A stretch of DNA of 64,000 nt from an uncultured Lentisphaeria bacterium. Lineage in GTDB: Bacteria; Fidelibacterota; UBA8477; JABMPR01. Numbering within the stretch: the stretch's first letter is position 1; each line of letters opens with the position of its first letter. Location of the stretch: contig CAYVVT010000002.1 of assembly GCA_964454335.1 (NCBI GenBank), forward strand, positions 211,436 through 275,435, read 5' to 3'. The position numbers and the translations under genes were made by a program. Shown here one piece after another: positions 1-8,203 of the stretch. The notes beneath the pieces are model-generated. The model saw nothing but the letters and a program-made list of their open reading frames with translations, was not told the origin of the DNA and did not search any database.

Positions 1-422
1 CTGGAGACACCTCACTCTTCACTCTGGATATCATTACCAACCACACCCCGGGAAACGGTTCATGGACCATGTATGTGGTAGATTCAACCACCATGGAGGT
101 GGACTCAGCCCAGATCGCACTGGAAGTCGTGGCCGTAGACATAGACGAGATCAGTTCCCCGGAATCCTTCAGGATCTCCTCGGTATATCCAAATCCGACG
201 AATGCCAGCTTCAAATTTGACCTGTTTGCTGAACAGCCAGGGCAGTATGACGTAGCTCTATTTGATCTCACCGGCAGGATCGTACTGCAACGCAGCTACC
301 AGGTCCAGTCCGGTCGGAATCATCTTGCCATGCAGGTTTACGGTATCGCCTCAGGGAATTATATTCTCCAGACCTCACACGAAGGGAAGAATTCGAGCAA
401 AAAGGTGAGTCTGATCAAATGA
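1..422 (+). CDS. 3' fragment of a secreted protein ending in a T9SS (Por) C-terminal sorting domain; 5' end lies upstream of the window
   Basis: Frame is open from base 3 to the stop at 420-422. The last ~80 aa (SVYPNPTNASFKF...GNYILQTSHEG...) follow the same CTD pattern seen at the C-termini of six other proteins here. Confidence 0.6.
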   Translation, partial: GDTSLFTLDIITNHTPGNGSWTMYVVDSTTMEVDSAQIALEVVAVDIDEISSPESFRISSVYPNPTNASFKFDLFAEQPGQYDVALFDLTGRIVLQRSYQVQSGRNHLAMQVYGIASGNYILQTSHEGKNSSKKVSLIK

Positions 423-919
423 AACGCATCATACTGCTGCTACTGTTTGTCGTTGCTGCCTTTTCACAGGAAAGCAAAACCCTGCCACAATCAAGCCTCA
501 AGGACCTGAAGAACAAGACCGTTACCAGCACGCAGCTCACTGCGGGAAAGCTTACGCTCATCAACTTCTGGGCCACCTACTGTGTACCCTGCCGGAAGGA
601 GATGCCCTTACTGAACGACCTTCATGAGAAGTACAGTGATCAGAACGTCCAGGTGCTGGGGATCGCCATCGATGACTCCCGTACAGTAGGCAGGGTAAAG
701 TCAGTGATCAAATCCATGAAGCTTGATTACCCCATTGCACTGGATACCGAGCAGAAACTGTATAAGAATTTCAATACCTCGGCCATGCCCTTGTCCGTCC
801 TGGTATCAGCTGACGGCAGTATTCTCTGGGAACACACCGGCTACATTCCCGGTGACGAGAAGAAAATGGAAGCCGAGATCGTACGGGCCCTGCAACAGGA
901 AGACGTTAACCAGGAATAG
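419..919 (+). CDS. TlpA-family thiol:disulfide oxidoreductase (thioredoxin fold), secreted
   Basis: WATYCVPCRKEMP CxxC active-site motif; N-terminal hydrophobic signal; ATG overlaps the upstream stop (ATGA). Confidence 0.8.
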   Translation: MKRIILLLLFVVAAFSQESKTLPQSSLKDLKNKTVTSTQLTAGKLTLINFWATYCVPCRKEMPLLNDLHEKYSDQNVQVLGIAIDDSRTVGRVKSVIKSMKLDYPIALDTEQKLYKNFNTSAMPLSVLVSADGSILWEHTGYIPGDEKKMEAEIVRALQQEDVNQE

Positions 920-928
920 TACCTTCAC

Positions 929-2662
929 TTGCGCTTTCGCCTGCAACTCATTCTCCTTATTCAGCTTGGATCATTCTTCCATCAGCTCCCCGCTGCGGAC
1001 CTGAACTGGAACCTCGGACTCAGCTCCTGGACCGGACGCGGCAACCAGCTGGACATACCATACGACTACACTGAGAATTATCTCACCTTCAATGCCGACC
1101 TGGCCACCTGGTCTGCACGGTTTGAGCTGGAATACAGTCAGCCACCTGAATATGGATACGAGTTTACCGGACTTCGCCGGTTCTGGCTGACTTACAGCGG
1201 CGATCGGCACACCCTTGAGATAGGCGATATCGGTGCCGTGTTCGGTCGCGGTTTGGCTTTGAACCTGTATGAGGATCAAAGCATCGATTTTGACAACATT
1301 CCCAGGGGTCTGAGACTCAACTCCCTGCTCACTGAAAACCTGGAACTGGATCTCCTGGCGGGAATGAAGAATGAGTATCGTTTCTATTCACCCAGCTCCA
1401 ACCTGCGTGAACCGGACGGTTTGAATGATTTCCGCATCGCAGGTCTGCAACTCGGATACTCCGGACCCTCCATCAATACTGCGCCTTTCCTCATCATCAG
1501 TCAGATCGAATCGGACTACCTGTGGCATGAGCTGGATCCAGACCAGAATTCACTCAGCACTTCCGTTGTCACCCAGACCATGCGGGTGGTACAGCTGGGA
1601 CTTTCACAGGCCATCTATCAGGATGTCTGGGATGGTTTTCTGGAATTGAGCCTGCAGCAGAAAGGTCTGGATTATCCCATCGTTTCACAGGAGATCATGA
1701 CGACTCCCGACCAGATCAGCATTGAGACCCTGGAATCCACCGAGCGTCTCAGGGGAGATGCTGTATATGCACAGCTAAACTGGTATCCTGAGTGGTTCAC
1801 GGCCATGTTCGAGTACAAGCGCTACAGTTATGGTCGTGAAGCTGCAACAGAAAAAAGAGATCCGCTGAAACAAGCCACCAAGCCCCTGCCCTGGCAGATC
1901 GGTCCCACCGGCATCCGGCAGCATGACATCAATCTGCTGGGCAATGTGACCCATCCCGTTGACTATGGCGATGAGGTGGGCTTCAATCTCGAGATCCGCA
2001 AGTATTTCGGTTTTTCGTGGTCGGCTACACTCAATGCCAGTATAGTGAGTCAGTTGGGTGAACTTGGGGATGATGGGGAGACAGGATTGTTCTTCCCAAC
2101 CACGGATATTGCCTATTCACCCTGGCAGGAGGTATTCACCGAAGTGGAATACATCGGCGAATCACTCAGCAATCGGATGTTCCTGGCCTACACAAGGGCA
2201 GTATTGAGTGGTAGTACCGCGGCTGAGATCACCAGCCATGTAACCTTTGTCCCGGCCTATTTCTCGTGGCATCCCAGCGATATCCTGGTCCTCTCCACTG
2301 TGCTCGAGTTTCAGGCTTCGGACCTCACTGCCGAGGCCTACGAGACTGTTGATCCGCCGGCGGAATCAGCAGGAGACCATGCATACACCTCCACCCATGT
2401 CATTTTCAGCGTGGACTTTCAACATCGATATTCAGCTTCTTTGATATGGGACACCAGCGATGATGCCGCACTGGTCCGGGAGGACTCGGATCCAGGGCGA
2501 CAGCACTGGGTGAGTACCGAGATCTCCGTGAAACCGACGGATAAGATCTGGCTGCGGGCTTCCTACGGGAAAGAGAAGGGGGGCGTGCGCTGTACCGGGG
2601 GTGTGTGCCGCGTCCTGAATCCCTTTGAAGGCTTCAGGGTCAGCCTGGAATGGAGATTCTGA
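929..2662 (+). CDS. hypothetical outer-membrane beta-barrel-like protein
   Basis: 577-aa ORF with TTG start 10 nt after the TlpA stop (start uncertain). C-terminus CTGGVCRV...SLEWRF ends in an aromatic residue as in OM barrels. No catalytic motif recognised. Confidence 0.45.
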   Translation: MRFRLQLILLIQLGSFFHQLPAADLNWNLGLSSWTGRGNQLDIPYDYTENYLTFNADLATWSARFELEYSQPPEYGYEFTGLRRFWLTYSGDRHTLEIGDIGAVFGRGLALNLYEDQSIDFDNIPRGLRLNSLLTENLELDLLAGMKNEYRFYSPSSNLREPDGLNDFRIAGLQLGYSGPSINTAPFLIISQIESDYLWHELDPDQNSLSTSVVTQTMRVVQLGLSQAIYQDVWDGFLELSLQQKGLDYPIVSQEIMTTPDQISIETLESTERLRGDAVYAQLNWYPEWFTAMFEYKRYSYGREAATEKRDPLKQATKPLPWQIGPTGIRQHDINLLGNVTHPVDYGDEVGFNLEIRKYFGFSWSATLNASIVSQLGELGDDGETGLFFPTTDIAYSPWQEVFTEVEYIGESLSNRMFLAYTRAVLSGSTAAEITSHVTFVPAYFSWHPSDILVLSTVLEFQASDLTAEAYETVDPPAESAGDHAYTSTHVIFSVDFQHRYSASLIWDTSDDAALVREDSDPGRQHWVSTEISVKPTDKIWLRASYGKEKGGVRCTGGVCRVLNPFEGFRVSLEWRF

Positions 2663-3906
2663 TGGTCAGAAGATTCGGATTCATGATGGTATTGCTGTCC
2701 CTTTTCTGGAGCTGCGAGTTCTGGCCGGAGCCGGTTGCTACCGTTGAATATCGTGCATCGACCCAGCTCATTCTGGCCACAGGTGATACCACCGTGGTCG
2801 AATTTGGTCGGGACCTGGCCTCAATCTCGCTGACGAGTGGAGACTCAACCATCCTGGAGATCCTGGATATGACGGATTCGGAGATGACTCTCGTGGCCCT
2901 GGCTGAGGGAGAGACCAGGATCGAACTCGAGGGCATGTCACAGGGACAGGTCAGCGAGCTTTCTTACAACATTAAAGTGCAGACGGGTCAGCACCTCACA
3001 GTGTACGTTGATGAGGATCAGGGTTTGAACCTGTCGGATTATTTTTCTGCTGCAGCTCTCGCCGATGTGGACAGCGTGTCCATCACAGGTGCGGACGATG
3101 CCTATCTTGCAGTTTCCCTGTCCAACAACTACATGACCATGTGGCGCGGACTCTGGCCTCATGATCTGATGGTCACGGTGAGCATGTACAGCGCTGCGGA
3201 TGAATTCCTTGAGTCCGTGATATTCAATGTTGAGATCCGGGTACGCAAGGTGGTACTGGCGGAGATCTTCACCAATTCCGGTTGTGTCAATTGTCCCCAG
3301 GCCAATCATGCTATGGACAATCTGGTAGACCAGTATAACGAAGGTCTGGCGACTATCCGCTATCATGTGAGTTGGACGGATCCGAACGATCCGATGAATC
3401 TTGCGAATCCAGGCGACAGTCATGATCGGGTGATGTACTACGGCGTTTACCTGGCTCCCTGGGTCATGTTCGATTCAGAGACCATGGGCAACATCGATGA
3501 AGGTCTCTGGTCGGCGTCCATCTCCCAGCACCTCAACGAAGCAAGTCCCATCCTCATCCGTACCGAGGATGTCAACCTTTTAGGTGACAGCCTGTTGGAG
3601 ATATCCTATCAGGTCATTCCCACCGAACCGGGATTGAGTGACAATTACAGCTCCTATGCTGTTGTCACCGAAGACAGCATTGAATACGCCGGCCCCAATG
3701 GGGAGACGATCCACATGCAGGTCATGCGCGATCTTGAGATGGTCGGTGGCCTGGACCTATCCATGGAACACAGCATTGTAGACACCCTGGTGAAACCCAC
3801 GGCATATGCTGAAAATTCCCTGTTCAACTTTGTGTTTTTCCTGCAGAATGAGAATACTGGCCTGGTTGAGCAGGCTCTGACTCTAAATGCAGCAGATCTC
3901 GAGTGA
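2650..3906 (+). CDS. hypothetical lipoprotein with thioredoxin-like CxxC (CVNC) region
   Basis: Overlaps the upstream gene by 13 nt. Lipobox-like LLSLFWSC; C-terminal half has FTNSGCVNCP, reminiscent of thioredoxin-like/Omp28-type proteins (low certainty). Confidence 0.45.
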   Translation: MEILMVRRFGFMMVLLSLFWSCEFWPEPVATVEYRASTQLILATGDTTVVEFGRDLASISLTSGDSTILEILDMTDSEMTLVALAEGETRIELEGMSQGQVSELSYNIKVQTGQHLTVYVDEDQGLNLSDYFSAAALADVDSVSITGADDAYLAVSLSNNYMTMWRGLWPHDLMVTVSMYSAADEFLESVIFNVEIRVRKVVLAEIFTNSGCVNCPQANHAMDNLVDQYNEGLATIRYHVSWTDPNDPMNLANPGDSHDRVMYYGVYLAPWVMFDSETMGNIDEGLWSASISQHLNEASPILIRTEDVNLLGDSLLEISYQVIPTEPGLSDNYSSYAVVTEDSIEYAGPNGETIHMQVMRDLEMVGGLDLSMEHSIVDTLVKPTAYAENSLFNFVFFLQNENTGLVEQALTLNAADLE

Positions 3907-4352
3907 TGTCGACCCTGCACCATTTTTTTGTCCACTTTCCGGTAGCCCTCTTGCTGGTAAGCGCGGCATCCGATCTCGCCGGGGTGATCTTCAAACGTGA
4001 ATTCTTTACTCAGGTAGCCATTTTCTTGCTGGTCCTGTCAGCGTTGGGCGGCATCGCGGCTGCGGTGAGCGGGAATGCGGCAGAGGCTGGCTTGTTGGAG
4101 CAAGAACTGTTGGCTACCCAGGTACCCGCTGAGATGAAAGCGCACACCAACTGGGGAAACACCATGATCTGGGTGATCCTGTTGGTAGCGGTTGGACGTA
4201 TCTTCGCGAAGCTAGAGAAGAAATCCTGGGCTGAGCAGGGCTGGCTGTTTCCAGTTATCAACGTGCTACTTGCCATTGCCGTGGTGTATACCGGCTGGCT
4301 GGGGGGACGTTTGACCGATGGGATTTTCGACTATCTGCAAAGTTTGATGTAA
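3903..4352 (+). CDS. small integral membrane protein (about 4 TM; possibly DUF2231-like)
   Basis: 149 aa; HHFFVHFP motif followed by four hydrophobic spans; start overlaps the upstream stop. Confidence 0.4.
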   Translation: MMSTLHHFFVHFPVALLLVSAASDLAGVIFKREFFTQVAIFLLVLSALGGIAAAVSGNAAEAGLLEQELLATQVPAEMKAHTNWGNTMIWVILLVAVGRIFAKLEKKSWAEQGWLFPVINVLLAIAVVYTGWLGGRLTDGIFDYLQSLM

Positions 4353-4614
4353 CACCAATAGAAACAATATCAGTCATCACGAAGCCGCACCTCCGGTGGG
4401 GCTGTGGTGATCTCGTCAAAACGTTCCGACGACTAAAAAACCAGATTGCCACGTCCTTCACATCCCCCGCCAATCTCGGAGGATGTTCACTCCTCGCAAT
4501 GACCCAACACTAGATCATCAAAGACACCTCAGACATTGCACCAACAACTTCTGTGGTCTATATTCCAAACCGACCAGTCGGTTTGTTTATGATCGAGGGC
4601 AGGGAAGGTCAATC

Positions 4615-5235
4615 ATGACACAAAAAAGACCACGTGAAGAACGACAGCAGGAGATCCTGGAAGCAGCACTGCGGATCTTTGTCCGAAAGGGCTATGCTGA
4701 CACGCGCATGGACGACATTGTGGAGGCTACCGGCTTGAGTAAAGGCGCCATTTACCACCACTTCGCCAGCAAGCGTGAACTGTTCGTAGCCCTCATCGAG
4801 CACTGGATGGATCAGTTCGCACCCATCATGAATCCGGGGCAGCATTCAGGTAAGTCATCTGCAGATATCATCCGGATCATCGGCCGCTTTACCACCATGC
4901 TGTTCAATCGCAATCAGGACTGGTTCCTGGCTGAGCCTGAGATCTGGTCAATGGCCAAAAGGGATGAAGAGATCCAGGGGCTTGCCAGCCAGCTCTATAC
5001 ACGGATTCTGGGAGAATTCGAGACCGTCATCACCCGTGGGATCAACTATGGTGAGTTCAAAGAGGTAAACGTACGGCTGGTGGCACTTTCCATCATGACA
5101 ACGCTGCATGGCATGATCTGGTTCGTCATGTTCCAGCCCAAGGATTTCTCTATCGAGGACTATGTTGATGCAAACATGGATTTCATAATAAACGGTATTC
5201 TAACTGATAAACAGGCTGAGGAAACCCGGCTTTAA
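4615..5235 (+). CDS. TetR/AcrR-family transcriptional regulator
   Basis: The track ORF starts at 4483, but the TetR HTH (ILEAALRIFVRKGYADTRMDDIVEATGLSKGAIYHHFASKRELF) begins right after the ATG at 4615, so that is taken as the start. Sits upstream of the beta-oxidation genes. Confidence 0.8.
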   Translation: MTQKRPREERQQEILEAALRIFVRKGYADTRMDDIVEATGLSKGAIYHHFASKRELFVALIEHWMDQFAPIMNPGQHSGKSSADIIRIIGRFTTMLFNRNQDWFLAEPEIWSMAKRDEEIQGLASQLYTRILGEFETVITRGINYGEFKEVNVRLVALSIMTTLHGMIWFVMFQPKDFSIEDYVDANMDFIINGILTDKQAEETRL

Positions 5236-5274
5236 GCGGGTTGGCCTGACCGATATCCACTTGAGGAGACGCAT

Positions 5275-7047
5275 ATGAAAATCGGAGGAGCCTTTCTGAT
5301 CACACCTTTTGGGGAGGATGAGATATTCACCCGGGAGAAGTTCAGTGAGGAACAGCGTGAGATCTTTCAGGCGGTGGCAGATTTTGCTACTGAGAGTATT
5401 GCGCCGCAACGGGATGAGATCGACAAACTGAACGAGGACCTCACCCGGGACATCATGAAGCAGATGGGTGAAATGGGAATGCTGGGCATTGATGTACCGG
5501 AAGCCCTTGGTGGCATGGGTATGGACAAATCCAGCGCCTGCCTTGTCCTGGATGCACTGGGTAACAGTGACAGCCCATCCCTGTGTACGACCTATACAGA
5601 CCATACCGGCATCGGCCTGCTGCCCATCCTCTGGTATGGCAATGACGATCAACGCAAGAAGTATATCCCCAAGATGATGACTGGTGAATATCTGAGCTCC
5701 TATGCCCTCACGGAACCAGGCGCAGGTTCAGACGCCCTTGCCGGTACGGCCAGTGCCAGGCTGAACGAAGAGGGCACCCACTTCATCCTGAACGGTACCA
5801 AGCAGTTCATCACCAACGGTGCCTGGGCTGACATAGGTGTGGTGTTCGCCAAGGTGGATGGTGAGAAGCTTACAGCATTCATCCTTGATGCTGACTGCAA
5901 GGGCTGGGAACGGGGACCCGAGGAGAAGAAACTGGGTATCAAGGGCAACAGTACCACCAACTACATCATGGATAATTGTGAAGTACCGATCGAGAATGTG
6001 ATCGGTGAGGTAGGTAAGGGTGCCGCCGTGGCCTTCAACGTGCTGTATATCGGGCGTCTGAAACTGGGAGCCATCACCATGGGTGGTGCCAAGAAAGCCG
6101 TCAAGGTAGCCCTGGACTATGCCAATGAACGCCGGCAATTCGCCCAGCCCATCTCCAATTTCGGTATGATGCAGCGAAAGTTTGCCGACATGGTGGTTCG
6201 TCTCTTCGAGGCGGATTGCATCACCTACCAGACCACCGGGTCTATCGATGCAGGGACCAGTGAGAATGGTGTCGATGACGAGGATTACTATGACCATCTC
6301 TACAGGGTCATCGAGGATCATGCCATCGAGAACAGTGTGAACAAGGTCTATTCCTCCGAAGCCCTGTGGATCACGGTAGATGACGGTCTGCAGATCCTTG
6401 GCGGATATGGTTTCTCTGAAGAATACCCCTTTGCTCGACTCCTGCGGGATGAGCGTATCAACCGTATTTTCGAGGGAACCAACGAGATCAACAGGCTCAT
6501 CATCGCCGGAATCGCCATGAAAAAGGCCATCCTTGATGAGATCCCCATCCGTGAGGAGATCGCAGCGCTGGGGGAAAACTGGATGCCAGAGGTAGAGATC
6601 CCCTCGGATCATCCGCTGGCTGCGGAGATCAAGACAGTGGAGCTGGGTCGCGGCATCGTCTTGCGGACGCTTGATGAACTGATCCTGAAATATGGTCAGG
6701 ACTTCAAGAACCAGCAGTGGGAAATGGAGTTGCTCGCCAATATGATCATCGCCCAGCAGGTGATGTTCAGTGTGCTGCGCCGCGTACTCCAACTGCCTGA
6801 TGATTACCCGAGACAGGCCCAGGCCGTCGACGTTCTGCACATCAGTCTGGCAAAACAGATGGATGTGATGCTGCAGGAATCACGCAGCATCTTCGCTCAC
6901 ATCTTCGAGCCTGAAGCATGTCAGGCCATTCTCGCCAGTTTACAGTCAAGCGTAGACGAACATGCATGCACCCCGGACAGCATCGCAGCAAAGCAGCGGG
7001 TATTCCAGCTGTTGCAGCGCCGGGGCAAATATCCCTTCAACGATTAA
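5275..7047 (+). CDS. acyl-CoA dehydrogenase (long form, 590 aa)
   Basis: ACAD signatures (YALTEPGAGSDA..., ...ILGGYGFSEEYPFARLLRDERINRIFEGTNEI); preceded by a GGAG-type RBS. Confidence 0.85.
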   Translation: MKIGGAFLITPFGEDEIFTREKFSEEQREIFQAVADFATESIAPQRDEIDKLNEDLTRDIMKQMGEMGMLGIDVPEALGGMGMDKSSACLVLDALGNSDSPSLCTTYTDHTGIGLLPILWYGNDDQRKKYIPKMMTGEYLSSYALTEPGAGSDALAGTASARLNEEGTHFILNGTKQFITNGAWADIGVVFAKVDGEKLTAFILDADCKGWERGPEEKKLGIKGNSTTNYIMDNCEVPIENVIGEVGKGAAVAFNVLYIGRLKLGAITMGGAKKAVKVALDYANERRQFAQPISNFGMMQRKFADMVVRLFEADCITYQTTGSIDAGTSENGVDDEDYYDHLYRVIEDHAIENSVNKVYSSEALWITVDDGLQILGGYGFSEEYPFARLLRDERINRIFEGTNEINRLIIAGIAMKKAILDEIPIREEIAALGENWMPEVEIPSDHPLAAEIKTVELGRGIVLRTLDELILKYGQDFKNQQWEMELLANMIIAQQVMFSVLRRVLQLPDDYPRQAQAVDVLHISLAKQMDVMLQESRSIFAHIFEPEACQAILASLQSSVDEHACTPDSIAAKQRVFQLLQRRGKYPFND

Positions 7048-7067
7048 GCAGGACATTGGAGTAAAGA

Positions 7068-8201
7068 ATGAGTGATAGATATAGTGTGATCATCGATGCA
7101 GTACGCAGCCCTATGGGGGTGAAGAACGGTAATATGATCGGAATGCGTCCGGATGATATGTCCGCGCTGATTGTCAAGGCCCTGTTGGACCGTAATCCCG
7201 ATCTGAAGCCTGAGGAGGTGGAAGACGTCGTCCTGGGTTGTGCTTTTCCTGAGGGCAGCCAGGGGATGCTCATGGCCAGGGGTGTGGGTCTGCTGGCGGG
7301 CTTGCCCATCACAACGGCAGGCAAAGTGGTGAATCGTTTCTGTGGTTCATCCATGGATTCCATACATCAGCTCAGTCAGGCCATCCACGCCGGTGACCTG
7401 GAACTGGGGATCGCTGCCGGTGTCGAAGACATGTTCGGGGTTCCCATGGGTGGCTATAATCCCGATTTCAATCCAGAATTATATGAACAGGAGTTTTACA
7501 TCGGCATGGGGGAGACTGCTGAGAATCTGGCCAATGAGCTGGAGATCAGTCGGGATGACCAAGAGGATTTCTCCATCAAATCACATGAGAAAGCCCTGGC
7601 GGCATGGAGTGCCGGAAGATTTGATAACGAGGTGGTGCCTGTTGAACTGGAAGGCATGCGGGTGGAAAAGGATGAAGGTCCCCGGGAACCGGACGTGGAG
7701 AAGATCAGATCCCTGGAGCCTGCCTTCCTGGAAGGCGGGACCATCACGCCCGCCACCTCGAGTCCCGTCAGCGTTGGCGCTTCAGCCGTGCTGGTGGCAA
7801 GTAATACGAAAGCGGAGGAGCTTGGACTGAGACCGCGTGCAAAGATCATCAGTCGTGCCGTGGCTGGTGTTGACCCGACCCTCATGGGTATGGGGCCACT
7901 GCCGGCGACTGAAAAGGCACTGGCACGAGCCGGCCTGACCCTGGATGACATCGACGTGATCGAATTGAACGAAGCCTTTGCAGCCCAGTCACTCTATGTC
8001 ATCCGCAAGGGCGGCTGGCCCCAGGAGAAGATCAATCTCAACGGCGGCGCCATCGCCCTGGGCCATCCGCTGGGTTGTTCGGGTGCCCGGATCATCACCA
8101 CGCTCATCAACGTCATGGAGCAGCAGGACGCCAGGTACGGTCTGGCCACCATGTGCATTGGGACCGGTCAGGGTATCGCCACCATTCTGGAGAGGAGCTG
8201 A
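7068..8201 (+). CDS. acetyl-CoA C-acyltransferase (3-ketoacyl-CoA thiolase)
   Basis: Thiolase motifs (VNRFCGSSMDSI..., NLNGGAIALGHPLGCSGARI..., ATMCIGTGQGIA). Confidence 0.9.
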   Translation: MSDRYSVIIDAVRSPMGVKNGNMIGMRPDDMSALIVKALLDRNPDLKPEEVEDVVLGCAFPEGSQGMLMARGVGLLAGLPITTAGKVVNRFCGSSMDSIHQLSQAIHAGDLELGIAAGVEDMFGVPMGGYNPDFNPELYEQEFYIGMGETAENLANELEISRDDQEDFSIKSHEKALAAWSAGRFDNEVVPVELEGMRVEKDEGPREPDVEKIRSLEPAFLEGGTITPATSSPVSVGASAVLVASNTKAEELGLRPRAKIISRAVAGVDPTLMGMGPLPATEKALARAGLTLDDIDVIELNEAFAAQSLYVIRKGGWPQEKINLNGGAIALGHPLGCSGARIITTLINVMEQQDARYGLATMCIGTGQGIATILERS

Positions 8202-8203
8202 GT

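Noticed and set aside
4483-4614. N-terminal extension of the TetR ORF as given in the track
   Set aside because: The extension is Arg/His-rich with no HTH; the TetR helix-turn-helix begins right after the internal ATG at 4615.
5728-6840. 370-aa minus-strand ORF inside the acyl-CoA dehydrogenase gene
   Set aside because: Fully antisense to a gene with clear family motifs; low-complexity Gly/Leu/Asp-rich translation typical of a GC-rich shadow frame.
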